The translations under genes and the position numbers were made by a program. Of a DNA stretch of 64,000 nucleotides, positions 21,298 to 32,333 are shown one piece after another. Source of the DNA: an uncultured Planctomycetaceae bacterium (GTDB taxonomy: Bacteria > Planctomycetota > Planctomycetia > Planctomycetales > Planctomycetaceae). The stretch spans positions 320,001-384,000 of the forward strand of contig CAWFAK010000007.1 of NCBI GenBank assembly GCA_963813715.1, in the 5' to 3' direction. The notes below the pieces were generated by a model, which did no database searches, was not told the DNA's origin, and saw only the letters and a program-made list of their open reading frames with translations. Within the stretch, counting starts at the first letter, position 1. Each line of letters starts with the position of its first letter.

Positions 21298-22455
21298 CTA
21301 GTCCGCGCCGGCCATCAAATCTGCCAGCGACTGGAGTAACCCAGTCGCGTCACCACGGTCCGCCTCCGCGAGCGCCATCTTCAAGAGCGCGATGTGCCGT
21401 TCGGTGAGCGGGATTAACGAGTCGGGCGGCGGGACACGGGGCACAAGTCTCTGCGAAATCGCCGCGACCAGCGCGTCGACGCCCGCGCCCGTCTTCGCAG
21501 AAACGCGAATCCACCTTTCAGTTTCATCTGGCTGCCAATGGTCGTCTCCTTCGTACACCGGAAGGTCGCACTTGTGAGCGACAACGATGGCCGGTCGATG
21601 CTCGGCGAGAATCGCTCGGTCGGCGGCCGAGGCGGGTTGGCTGATGTCGACCAGCACCACCGCCAAGTCGGCCGTCTCGAGCGTCTGCCGCGCCCGCTCG
21701 ATTCCCGCCGACTCCAGCGGATCGGCACTCGCCCGCAGGCCGGCGGTGTCGGAAACTTCGATCGGCCAACCGTCGATGGCCGTCTGCGCACTCACGACGT
21801 CGCGCGTCGTCCCGGGCTGATCGAAAACGACGCATCGCGTGTAACCTAAGATTGCGTTGATCAAGCTCGATTTGCCGACGTTCGGCCGTCCGGCCAGCAC
21901 CACGCTCCACGGCCGCGTGAGATGCAGACCGAAATCCTCCCACGCCAGCCACTCGCGGATGCGAGCAGCCGCGGCCGGAAGGTTGGCCGGCGCCGCGGTG
22001 ATGACATCTCGCACTGCTGATTCAAAAAGGCCGTTCGCCTGCTCCCACAGAATGGCCGCCGTTGGCAACGTCGTCGCGCGGCAAAGTTCGCCCATGATTT
22101 CCGCCCGCAGCGGTGATTCCGTCTGCTGCAAAAATTCGGGCCACGCGACCACCCGGCAACCGGCAGCGGCAAGATCCCGGAGGATCCGCCGGGAAGCCGC
22201 CTCGCCGCCATGACAATGGATCTCGAGCGTCGCGTCATCCAGTGCGCAGAGCACGATTTCTTCAGACGGTTCGCTCCCCCAATGACCAAAGACGATGCGG
22301 CCGACGGATTGCGAACTCAGCGGCCGTCCGTTCGCGGCCCGAAAGGGCCACACGTCGGCGACCGGACGCGACGCCCCAAGAAGCGACACGCGGATCGTGG
22401 CAATCGCGCCGCGTCCGATGGGGGTCAAGAGGGCGGCCAGCGGCGGGCCGTTCAC
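21298..22455 (-). CDS. mnmE: MnmE/TrmE-like GTPase (short form)
   Basis: TPxGRGAIATIR, EIHCHGG, GRPNVGKSSL, GTTRD, DTAG, HKCD and SAK motifs. The GTG start overlaps the coaX TGA. Confidence 0.8.
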   Translation of the reverse strand: MNGPPLAALLTPIGRGAIATIRVSLLGASRPVADVWPFRAANGRPLSSQSVGRIVFGHWGSEPSEEIVLCALDDATLEIHCHGGEAASRRILRDLAAAGCRVVAWPEFLQQTESPLRAEIMGELCRATTLPTAAILWEQANGLFESAVRDVITAAPANLPAAAARIREWLAWEDFGLHLTRPWSVVLAGRPNVGKSSLINAILGYTRCVVFDQPGTTRDVVSAQTAIDGWPIEVSDTAGLRASADPLESAGIERARQTLETADLAVVLVDISQPASAADRAILAEHRPAIVVAHKCDLPVYEGDDHWQPDETERWIRVSAKTGAGVDALVAAISQRLVPRVPPPDSLIPLTERHIALLKMALAEADRGDATGLLQSLADLMAGAD

Positions 22456-23255
22456 GGATGCGTTTCCAACTGCGTCGCGGCGACGACGGCCAGGCCTTGC
22501 AGCGAAAGTTGGGGCTTCCACAACGCGCCGGGCAAGTGATCGGTGAGCAGCGACGCGCCGCCACCGGTCAGGAGCAAGAACGGCTCGGACGACCAGCGTC
22601 GGCTGAGCCGCTCGGTCAGCTCCTTGATCGCTCCCACCTGCCCCCACAGCAGGCCGCTCCGCAGGGCTTCGCGCGTCCCCTGCCCCAGCGGCTCGTGCGA
22701 TTCCTCGACCAGCTCATCGACCGAGATATAGGGAAGCAGCTCGGTGTATTGATGCAGGGCCCGCGCACACAACTCGAACCCCGGCAGAATCGCGCCGCCT
22801 TCGAAAGCTCCGTCGGCCGAGATGGCGTCAACGCACGTCGCTGTCCCCGTGTCGATGACGAGCGCCGGTCGCCCGGGCGGACGAATCACATTGCAGGCCA
22901 CCGCCTTGAGGATGCGGTCCATGCCGGCGTTCTTGGGCGCTGTCGGCCGAATCGAGCTGGGGATCCGCGACAGTTCGTTGACGGTCGTTGGCGCCGGCCA
23001 TTCCGGCGGCCAGCCTTCGATCAGGCCGGCAATCCCATTCGGATGACTGCCCGAAAAATAACCACGCACGACCGTGTCGCACGGTAGCGACAACCGCTCG
23101 CGGACGATCTCCCACGCGACCGATTGTCCGTGCGGCACGGCGAGCTGGGCGCAGCACTCGGGAAGCAAGCCCGGCGTCGAAACGCTGGCGGACAAAAACA
23201 GGCCGAACTTTGTGCGGCTGTTGCCGACGTCCACGCAGAGCACGGGATCGCTCAT
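22452..23255 (-). CDS. coaX: Type III pantothenate kinase
   Basis: VDVGNSRTK, GMDR, IDTGTATCVD, GGAILPG and LTGG motifs. Confidence 0.93.
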   Translation of the reverse strand: MSDPVLCVDVGNSRTKFGLFLSASVSTPGLLPECCAQLAVPHGQSVAWEIVRERLSLPCDTVVRGYFSGSHPNGIAGLIEGWPPEWPAPTTVNELSRIPSSIRPTAPKNAGMDRILKAVACNVIRPPGRPALVIDTGTATCVDAISADGAFEGGAILPGFELCARALHQYTELLPYISVDELVEESHEPLGQGTREALRSGLLWGQVGAIKELTERLSRRWSSEPFLLLTGGGASLLTDHLPGALWKPQLSLQGLAVVAATQLETHP

Positions 23256-23268
23256 CGACGCTCCCGAA

Positions 23269-24441
23269 TCAAGAGACGGGCGCCGCCAGCCGTTCGCGGA
23301 TTTGCGCGTTCACCACTTGCCCGTCCCGCGTGATCAGCGTGTCCCGCACGATCTCGTCCTGGGTGTCGATCGCCGGCAGCCCGTTCTTCTTCAGCAGCGT
23401 GAGGAAGGCCGTGACGTTCCGCGAAAACATCTGGCTGGCGTGATGAGCCACCGTCGCCGGCAGATTCACCGGTCCGAGGATGACGACCCCGCCGACCTCG
23501 ATCGTCTCTCCGGCCCGCGTCGCCTCGCAATTGCCGCCGCGTTCCGCCGCCAGGTCGACGATCACCGAGCCGGGAGTCATTCCGACCAGCATATCGTTGG
23601 TAATCAGCACGGGGGCGCGCTTTCCGGGAACGGCGGCAGTCGTGATGACGACGTCGCTCTCGCCGACGACTTTGGCCATCGCCGCTTGCTGACGCTTATA
23701 AAAGTCCTGGTCCATCGCCCGGGCGTAGCCCCCCTGCCCTTCGGCCGATTCGAGACCGAAGTCGACCGGCTTGCCGCCGACGCTTTGAATTTGCTCGCGG
23801 GCCGCGGGACGCACGTCGTACCCGTAGACGATGGCCCCGAGCCGCCGCGCCGTCGCGATGGCCTGCAAGCCCGCCACGCCCGCGCCAACGACGAAGACCC
23901 TCGCGGGCGTCAGCGTGCCGGCCGCCGTCATCATCATGGGGAACATCCGCGGCGAGGCTTCAGCCGCCAGCAGCACCGCCTTGTAACCGGCCACCGTCGC
24001 CATCGACGACAAAACATCCATCGACTGCGCCCGCGTGATGCGGGGCAATAGCTCCAAGGCAAATGTCGTGACGCGCCGCTCGGCCAGCGCCGCAATCGGC
24101 CGCGGATCGGACAGTGGATCACAGAGCGCAACCAGGATTCGATTTTCCCGCAGGCTCTCGCCGACGGCAAACGGTTCCTGGGGATCCGCGGCGCCCGCGC
24201 GGACGTGAACGATGACCTCGGCCGCGGCGAGCTCGGCGCGATCGGCAGCGATCCGCGCCCCTTGCTGAGTGTATTGCGCGTCGAGAAAGCCGGCGTGCAG
24301 CCCGGCGTTGGTCTCGACCAGGACTTCAAAGCCGGCCTTCTTCAGGCTGCGCACGTCCGCGGGGACGATGGCCACCCGCCGCTCTTGGGCCGACGTCTCC
24401 TTGGGAACGCCGACGGTCAGCGAGGAAGTGTCGGAAGGCAT
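23269..24441 (-). CDS. pntA: NAD(P) transhydrogenase alpha subunit, domain I
   Basis: ERRVA, PRITRAQSMDVLSSM, GAGVAGLQAIATA, GGYA and DLAAERGGNCE motifs. Confidence 0.93.
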   Translation of the reverse strand: MPSDTSSLTVGVPKETSAQERRVAIVPADVRSLKKAGFEVLVETNAGLHAGFLDAQYTQQGARIAADRAELAAAEVIVHVRAGAADPQEPFAVGESLRENRILVALCDPLSDPRPIAALAERRVTTFALELLPRITRAQSMDVLSSMATVAGYKAVLLAAEASPRMFPMMMTAAGTLTPARVFVVGAGVAGLQAIATARRLGAIVYGYDVRPAAREQIQSVGGKPVDFGLESAEGQGGYARAMDQDFYKRQQAAMAKVVGESDVVITTAAVPGKRAPVLITNDMLVGMTPGSVIVDLAAERGGNCEATRAGETIEVGGVVILGPVNLPATVAHHASQMFSRNVTAFLTLLKKNGLPAIDTQDEIVRDTLITRDGQVVNAQIRERLAAPVS

Positions 24442-24515
24442 GCGCTCGGGTCGTCCATCAATGGGGGCTGCACGGTTCGCTCAATCTTATAGCCAAAGGT
24501 CGGTGCTCCCGACAG

Positions 24516-25444
24516 TCACCCCGCGGTCGCCGTTGCGGCCGTCCAATTGGCCAGCGGCAACGTCAGCCAGAGCACGTAGGCGATCGGCCCGGCGTAGACG
24601 ACGCTGTCGGTCAGATCGATCAGGCCGCCGAACCCGGGCATCAGCGCGGCCGCGTCTTTTTTGCCGAGATCGCGCTTGATCAACGACTCGCACAGATCGC
24701 CGACGAGGCCGGCAATCGCCACGATCACGCCGTAAAGAACGCAGACCAGCCAATCGCCGCCCGTCCAGCTCCCGCCGAACAAACGCGGTGCGTACTGCAG
24801 CCAGGCCCACGCCCCCAACCCGCCGACGACGACCGCGCCCACCGCGCCGGCCCAGGTCTTGCCCGGGCTCAACAGCGGCGACATTTTGCGTCGGCCAAAC
24901 AAACGCCCAAAGGTGTAGGCCCCGGTGTCGCCGCATTTGGCCGCGACGATCAGCGATCCCAGCACGTAGTAGCCTCGCGACTGTTCGACGGCACCCGTGC
25001 GCTCAGCCCGATCCACCGGAGCCGCACCGTCAGGCACAAGAGCAGACCGGCGTACGCGACAATGAGCAATTCGGCGCCGAGCGTCTCCATCCGACTGCCG
25101 GGAGCCCGGTAGCGAAACGCGTTCGACGCCAATAGCCACACCAAAGCCAGCCCGAAAACGACCGCCGAATCAAAACCGGCGCCGGCGACGGACTCGAGCC
25201 CGGCGATGTGCGGCAACCACGCCGACGCCACGACGATTCCCGCCAGCGCCGCCGTTTGGGGAAAACTCGGCGCGAACGAGCGCGTGCGAAACAGGTTGAC
25301 CAATTCCCACGCCGAGCGGACCGCGATCAAGAGCCCGAGACAAAGGAGCGCCGGCGCGGAGGGGCCGAGGCGGGCATCGAGGTAGAACAGGCCGACGAAG
25401 GCCGGGATCAGCACGGCCGAGACCAGGAGTCGCCAAGCCAGCAT
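24516..25444 (-). CDS. cdsA: Phosphatidate cytidylyltransferase (frameshifted)
   Basis: DTGAYTFG, SPGKTWAG, GDLCESLIKR, KD and PGFGGLID motifs. Lies directly after uppS. Confidence 0.9.
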
Positions 25445-25450
25445 TCCCGG

Positions 25451-26305
25451 TCAGTCCTTCAGCCCGCCGAAGCGGCGGTCGCGCACGGCAAAATCACGCA
25501 GCGCCTGGATCAGCTCTTTGCGGCGAAAGTCGGGCCAGCAGGTTTCGGTCACCCATAACTCCGCATAGCTGATCTGCCACAGCAGAAAATTGCTGACGCG
25601 CATTTCACCCGCCGTGCGAATCACGAGATCCGGATCGACGATGCCGGCCGTATACAGATGCGAGCTCATGACCTCTTCGGTGACTTCATCGGGATCCATC
25701 TGGCCGCATTCGACCTTACGGGCAATCTCGCGGACCGCGTCGACAATTTCCGACCGCGCGCCGTAGTTGAGCGCCAGGCACAAACCCATCCCCGTGTTGG
25801 GTCGGCTGAACTCGATGGTGCGGTCGACCTCCGCCAGCACGCCCTTGCCCAGTCCGTCGCGCCGCCCGATGGTGGTGAAGCGGATCTGCTGACGCATGAT
25901 CTCGGATCGTTCCTCGATCACGTATTGCTCGAGCAGGTGCATCAGCAGGCTCAGTTCGTGCCGCGGACGCTTCCAGTTCTCGCTGCTGAAGCAATAAAGC
26001 GTCAGCTGTTCGATGCCCAGGCGGCAGCACTCTTCCACGAGCAGCCGCACGCTTTTTACGCCGCGGCGATGCCCCTCGATGCGCGGCAGGCCGCGGGAGT
26101 TGGCCCAACGGCCGTTCCCGTCCATGATGACCGCGATGTGGCGCGGGAGGCGGTTGGGATGCAGCCCCTCCGCGGCAAGCTCGTCGGTCGTATAGGTCGT
26201 TAAGGTCGGCACGGGCGGCGCTTCGGTGGCAGACAGCGGATCGTCGATCCCCTTATTTTGCGCAGAAGCAAAGGGCTCGCCAAGACCACCACGCCGCGGG
26301 ATCAA
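25451..26305 (-). CDS. uppS: Isoprenyl (undecaprenyl-diphosphate) synthase; true start probably somewhat downstream
   Basis: HIAVIMDGNGRWA, FSSENWKRP, LNYG and RTAGEMRVSNFLLWQISYAE motifs. Confidence 0.95.
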   Translation of the reverse strand: MIPRRGGLGEPFASAQNKGIDDPLSATEAPPVPTLTTYTTDELAAEGLHPNRLPRHIAVIMDGNGRWANSRGLPRIEGHRRGVKSVRLLVEECCRLGIEQLTLYCFSSENWKRPRHELSLLMHLLEQYVIEERSEIMRQQIRFTTIGRRDGLGKGVLAEVDRTIEFSRPNTGMGLCLALNYGARSEIVDAVREIARKVECGQMDPDEVTEEVMSSHLYTAGIVDPDLVIRTAGEMRVSNFLLWQISYAELWVTETCWPDFRRKELIQALRDFAVRDRRFGGLKD

Positions 26306-26376
26306 CGCAGCCGTTTCGTAACCGGCACAATCCCGCTGAAACCAGCCGAAAACCGTCTGTTTTCAGCAGCCGGGCG

Positions 26377-26616
26377 TTATTGCAAGAGGAGCGGCTCAGC
26401 AGCCTGCGGCTCGGAGGCCTGCGCGTCGGCGACGAGTTCTTCCTGGTCGTCTTCTTGAGCGTCGTCCCAGTAGAGCGTTTGTTCCCAATATTGCGGATCG
26501 TGCTTCGGGGAGGAGATGGCCAACCGCACAAAGTTTTTGCAAATGTCCAATACCGTCACGTGAATGTCGCTGCCGATTACCAAGCTCTCGTTCACTCGAC
26601 GGGTAATCATTTGCAT
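26377..26616 (-). CDS. CsrA-like carbon storage regulator paralog
   Basis: MITRRVNESLVIGSDIHVTVLDI....VRLAISSP matches the CsrA N-terminal fold. Confidence 0.78.
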   Translation of the reverse strand: MQMITRRVNESLVIGSDIHVTVLDICKNFVRLAISSPKHDPQYWEQTLYWDDAQEDDQEELVADAQASEPQAAEPLLLQ

Positions 26617-26928
26617 TGGGCCGCCTCTTGATTTCTGAATGGCCTTAGGGGAACCTGAAACCGCTCACGACAGCTCAAAAACAAATCGGCGACGTTCGCC
26701 GCACGAAACGAACGGTCACACAAAACAAAAAAAGAGACGAGCGCCGAGCCATCGACCCGCGCTGCCACTTGTCGACACGACTTGTAAAATTTTGAGACTG
26801 CGCTGTGACGGCGTCATTCTGCCGTGCGCTCGCAACGAGAACAAGCACCAACTAGCAGCTTTTTTTTTAATGAACGAAGCCGCGCATCGCCACTTGACAA
26901 TTCACATCAATCCGATTCCGAACTCATC

Positions 26929-27931
26929 ATGAAGCTCTTGGTATTTCCACCAGTCGACGACGAACGACTCGCGCAGATCGTGAACGCCGCCGGCGCAATG
27001 TCGGTCGTCAACGCAGAGGACGACGCCGACGCGCTCGCTCAGATCGTCGACGCCGACGCGTTCTTCGGCAAGATCACGCCGGCGCTGCTCGCGCGCGCCA
27101 GTCGGCTCCGCTGGGTGCAGTCGCCGACGGCGAGCCTCGAGCATTACCTGTTCGATGAGCTGGTCGCGCACCCCTGCGTGCTGAGCAACATGCGGGGCCT
27201 GTTCTCCGACGTCATCGCCGATCACGTGATGGGCTTCGTGCTCTCCTTCGCGCGGAACCTGCATCTCTATCGCGACCGGCAGCAGCGGCATCGATGGGAG
27301 CCGATCGGCGGCGAAGTCGGCCGCTCCGATTTCCTTTACGGCCCTGCCTTCGTCAGCGAGATCGATCGCCGGCACCTGCACCTTTCCGACTGTACGCTGG
27401 GCGTGGTCGGCGTCGGCAACATCGGGGCGGAAATCTGCCGGCGGGCCGCCGCCTTCGGCATGAAAATCCTCGGCGTCGACCCGCGTTGCCGCAGCGTTCC
27501 CGGCGTTTTGGCCGAAGTTTGGCCGTCGGATCGGCTGTTCGATCTGCTGCGCCAGAGCGACTTTGTGGTGATCGCCGCCCCGCACACGCCGGAAACCGTC
27601 AAGCTCTTCCGCCGCGATAAATTCGAGGCGATGAAGCCGACGGCCTACCTGATCAACATCGGCCGCGGGGCGATCGTCGATCTGGCCGACCTCGTGGCCG
27701 CTCTGCGAAGCCGGACGAATCGCGGGGGCCGCGCTCGACGTCTTCGAAACCGAGCCGCTGCCGCCCGATTCGCCCCTCTGGTCGATGCCCAACGTGATCA
27801 TCACGCCGCACATTGCGGCTGCGTCGACCCACATCGCCGAGCGGCATCTGCAGACGCTGCTGGAAAACATACGCCGCTTCGTCGCCGGACAACCGCCGCT
27901 GACGCTGGTCGACAAGCGGCAGTGGTTCTGA
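26929..27931 (+). CDS. D-isomer-specific 2-hydroxyacid dehydrogenase (frameshift near 27715)
   Basis: [22 protein letters not shown], then in the shifted frame [10 protein letters not shown] and ITPHIA. Confidence 0.9.
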
Positions 27932-27943
27932 CAAGTCCGGACT

Positions 27944-28676
27944 TCAGCCGCGGCCGAGGTAGGTCTGGTCGCGCGGCAGTACGATCGCTTCGAGGAAGTT
28001 GACGTCGTCGGGGAGCGTGACCATCGAGAGCGCCGCTTGCGCGACGGTCTCGGTCTCCATCATCGGCTCGTTATTTACGGGGACCCGCGGGTCGGAACGC
28101 CACTCGACGCGGATGTTACCCGGATGGAGGCAACTGCACAGGATGTTGTGCGGCCGGCCGTCGAGGGCCGTGGCATTGGTCAGCCCCCACAGCCCGAACT
28201 TCGCCGACGTGTAAGGCGCGCTCCCCTCGCGCGGCCGCTGCGCCGAGATCGAACCGATATTCAGAATGCGACCGCCCCCCTGTGGCACCATGATGCGAAA
28301 CGCGGCCCGGCTGCAGAGAAATGCGCCCGTCAGGCACGCGCCGATCACGTTGTTCCAATTGGCCAGCGTCAACTGGTCGATTCGCCCCGCGTCGAAGTTG
28401 CCCGCATTGTTCACCAGGATGTCGACGCGGCCGAAGCGTTCCATCACGTCTTGGAAAAACTTTTCGACGGCCGCTTCCTGCCCCACGTCGACCGGCCGAT
28501 CCAGCACGTCGACGCCCCTTGCCCGCAGCTCATCGGCGGTGGCCGTCAGCTTGGCCGCGTTTCGCGCACAGAGGGCAAGCCGTGCCCCCTCGGCCGCGAA
28601 CAGTTTGGCAATTCCCTTGCCGAGCCCCTGATTTCCCCCGGTGATGACGGCGACTTTTCCTTCGAGTCGGACGCAT
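27944..28676 (-). CDS. SDR family oxidoreductase
   Basis: TGGNQGLG, NNAG and YTSAK motifs. The GAGGGA-ATG at 28676 is out of frame with the body (probable indel). Confidence 0.9.
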
Positions 28677-28827
28677 AGTTGTCCCTCGCTGTATGAGCTG
28701 ATTTCTGGTGCCGTTAAGCCGCGCGATCGAGCGACCGGCGGGCTTTTGCGAAAAATCTTGCCAACCGAAAAATCGGCCCTGATTGACGCCGTTTTGCGCT
28801 CGAACTGCAAGGCTCAGCGAGCGAAAC

Positions 28828-29792
28828 TCAGCCGGCGGCCAGGATCTCGGGGAGCCGACTCAAATCGAGATTTCCGCCCGACACGATGGCGACCACCGTT
28901 TTTCCGGCCCACCGCTCGCGCGTCTTGATCGCACCGGCCAGAGCGGCCGCGCCGGCACCCTCAGCGATGTTGTGCGTCTGCTCGAGAATCAGGCGGCAGG
29001 CGCGACGCAGCTCGTCGTCGCTGACCAGCACCACGTCGTCGAGCACGCTCCGCATCAGCTCGAGCGTGAGGTTGGCGGGACGGCGCGTCGCCACGCCCTC
29101 GGCCCACGTGGCCGCTTCTGCCGTCTCCTGCCACTGCCCCGTTTTCCAGGACTGGCTGACGGCGCTCGCTCCCTCGGCCTGCACGCCGATGACTTTCGTG
29201 TTTGGCCCCCGCGCCGCGCGACAATCCCCGCGCCGCACACGCCGCTCCCCAGGCCGATCGCCACGAAGATCACGTCCGGTGGCTCGGGAAGCCGGTCGAA
29301 GATTTCGACGCCCATCGAGCCGACGCCGGCGATCAGTTTCGGCTCGTTGGCCGAATGCACGTAGCGGCCGCCGCGGGGCGCCACCATCTTTTCGAGATAG
29401 TCGCGGGCTTCGTCGAAGTCGCGGCCGTGCTCGATCAACTCGGCCCCGAAGAGACGAATGGCCCGATTCTTTCCCGGGTTATTGCCTTCTGGAACGACGA
29501 TCGTGCAGCGAACCCCGAAACGCCGGGCCGCGAACGCCAGCGACTGCCCATGATTGCCCGTCGAGCAGCCGATGATGCCCGCCTCCCGCTCCGCCGGCGA
29601 AAGCGTGCTCACGAGATTGATTCCGCCGCGGACTTTGAACGCGCCGGTCGGTTGGTGATTCTCGTGCTTGAGATACAACCGGCAGCCGAGCAACTCGGAA
29701 AGCCCCGGCCACTCGAGCAGCGCAGTCGGTGTGAGGGCCGCGTGAACTCGCGGCAACGCCTCGACGACGTCGGCGTACGTGACGGAAGGCAT
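28828..29792 (-). CDS. PLP-dependent threonine/serine dehydratase family protein (frameshift near 29215)
   Basis: KHENHQPTGAFKVRG, STGNHGQ, GLGSG, EGAGAA and SGGN motifs. Confidence 0.9.
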
Positions 29793-29989
29793 GCGAACTC
29801 TTTGCTCGGGGGAGGGACAACTGCCTCGCGAATCCGCAGCGCGAACAGCCAGGCCGAACTCGACCGGCCTGCGCCGAGTCTCCCGCTTTCCGACCGGCGT
29901 TTCAATTGCCAGTCGGGGGAGGGATCGCAATCGCCGGCCGCGTCCGGATTCGACAACCAGACACGCGTCCCGCACCGAGGTTCGCCCGC

Positions 29990-31448
29990 TTACGCCGCGC
30001 CGAAATAATTCTCGGCGGCTTCGTCGATGTATTCGACCTTCAACTCGAGCGGCACGCCGCAGAAGTCGCAGTGATGCCGCACCTGGGCCAGAATGTCGCG
30101 GACGTGGCAATAGCGGAAATGGCGGTCCATCGAGCGGAAATAGGTCTCGATCAGGTGTTCGAGCACCGTCTCGTCGGGCCGAATCCCCATTTTCACGCAG
30201 CTCTCGTTGAAGAGCTGGCGAAACTCGATCTCCGACGGACCGCGGACGTCGATCTTGTACGGGATGCGGCGGAGAAAGGCCTCGTCGACCAGGCCCTTGG
30301 GGTCGAGGTTCGTGGAAAAAACGACCAGCTGATCGAACGGAGCCTGCAGCTTCTTGCCGCTCGGCAGGCTGAGGTAGTCGTACCGCCGCTCGAGCGGCAC
30401 GATCCACCGGTTCAAAAGCTGATCGACCGAGATCCGCTGGCGACCGAAGTCGTCGATGACCAGCGTGCCGCAGTTGCTCTTGATCTGCAGCGGCGCTTCG
30501 AGAATGCCGAGCGCCCGGTTCGGTTGGACTTCCAAGTGCTCCATCGTCAGTTCGCCGCCAACGACCACCGTCGGCCGCGTGATGCAGACCCAGCGGTGGT
30601 CGATCTGCCGCAGCTTTTCGTCGTCGCCGATCTGGCTCATCGGCAGCGCGTTGTGCACGCACGGATCGTACACGCGGATGATTTCCCCGTCACAATCGAT
30701 GGCTCGCGGAATCCAGATCGTATCGCCGTAGGCCGCCGTCAGCCGCTCGGCGATGCTGGTCTTGCCATTGCCGGGCGCTCCGTAAATGAACATGGCCCTG
30801 GCTTCGACAAGCGCCTTGCCGATGCGGATGCACAGCGGTGTCGGCACCGATAGGTCGCTCAAAGCAGCTTGCACCTGCGGCAGCGTGATCCGCGTGCGGG
30901 TCATCGACTGAGCGCCCACGGCCGCGACATAATCGGCAAACGGCACGGGAGCCGCGCCGAAGTAGGTCGACCGCTCGTTGCACTGCTTGGCCGCCTCGAT
31001 CCCCTTGTTGGTGATCGAATACTCGTAGTCCGACACCGAGGAGTTTCGCACAATCACAATCCGTTGCGACGTCTTCAGCCCCTGAAACATCGCCTGCAGG
31101 ATGCCAAAGGGGAGACGCAGCTGCTCCGCGATGTCCCGCCCCGACTGTACGCCCCGCCGGAACAAAAACTTGAGGATCAAATCCTCGACCTCGGTCTCCG
31201 TGAGGCCGGCGTCCTCTAGCGATTTGGGTGCTGCGGGCACGAAGTTCTCCAGACGGGTCGACATGACCCGCGGGTTCAACGCGCGGAGCCTCGACCGGCG
31301 AGGCCGCCCGCGGCGCGCGACGCCGTTCGACTGGTCGCGGCTGCGGCTCGCCGAAGATCGAATCCAAGAGCGACACCTTGGGCGCGTCGACCTCGGGCAA
31401 CACGGTTCCCTCGACGGACGATCCGGAACCAACGCTGGATTGAGCCAT
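29990..31448 (-). CDS. AAA+ ATPase with N-terminal winged-helix-like region (family often annotated as Flp-pilus-associated)
   Basis: Walker A GAPGNGKT, APLQIKSNCGTLVIDDFGRQ, NRWIVPLE, FSTNL and DEAFLRRI. Probable frameshift in the first ~30 codons. Confidence 0.85.
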
Positions 31449-31872
31449 GGACAAACTCGTTGTGCTTGAGGACGCGCGTAGATTAGGGACGCAGGACACC
31501 AATGCGAATTCCCAGCGAGTTAGCCGGCGTCAATTCGCGGGGCGATCCGAGTTCCCCCTTCTGTCAGGAGATTTCGTACGCGCAAGGCACTGTAAAAATG
31601 GGCCGGGAAACGCGCCATGCAACGGCAAAAGATGCACGCCCTGTAACAAAGGCTGAGTTGGTCGGCTCCGTTTTCAGCAAATCCGCGCCAAACGGTCTAT
31701 CCGGTCGAGTCATTTCGACGCGCGGGCCACTCAGCCGGCTTTCAGTCGCCGCAGCTCGGCATCATCCGCCGCAGGTCGACGCCCTGCTCTGCAAACCCCC
31801 GCTCGGCCGGGGCAAAACCACTGGAAGCAAATCCATCCACGAAGTATGATTCGTGCGACGCTGGCGTCACTC

Positions 31873-31959
31873 GGAGAGGTGACAGAGTGGCCGATCGTGC
31901 TGGTCTCGAAAACCAGTGTGCATGCAAGTGCACCGTGGGTTCGAATCCCACCCTCTCCG
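31873..31959 (+). tRNA. tRNA-Ser(CGA)
   Basis: Acceptor stem GGAGAGG/CCTCTCC, anticodon arm CTGGT-CT-CGA-AA-ACCAG, long variable arm, T arm GTGGG-TTCGAAT-CCCAC. CCA not encoded. Confidence 0.97.
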
Positions 31960-31972
31960 CTGCTCAAAGAAC

Positions 31973-31998
31973 AGCCATCGAAAGTCGATGGCTTTTTT
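31973..31998 (+). terminator. Intrinsic terminator downstream of tRNA-Ser
   Basis: AGCCATCGA-AAG-TCGATGGCT followed by a T run. Confidence 0.85.
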
Positions 31999-32333
31999 CA
32001 TTTTGAGTGATTGGCTTCATGGCCACGGCAAGGCCGCGCTCTGCGAGGCAAAATTCTACGGACTGCACGACCGGAAGAATCCCGCAAATGCCGCGCTGAA
32101 TGTGTATCGCGCCCCGGAATATCTCTGCGGCTCCTCTGCGACCGGCTACACGGACTACCCGACTCTTTCGCAAAGTGACCGGACTCAGGAGACGAGCAAC
32201 GTCCAGTAACGCGGTGCGATGCCCTTTTTTTTGGGGCATCGACTCCTGTTTCGAAACGGTGCCAATTCGACTCCCGGACACATCAGCGTTCCGCGTCTCG
32301 GGACAGAAGACTAAGCGAGCGGATTTGCGTGCA

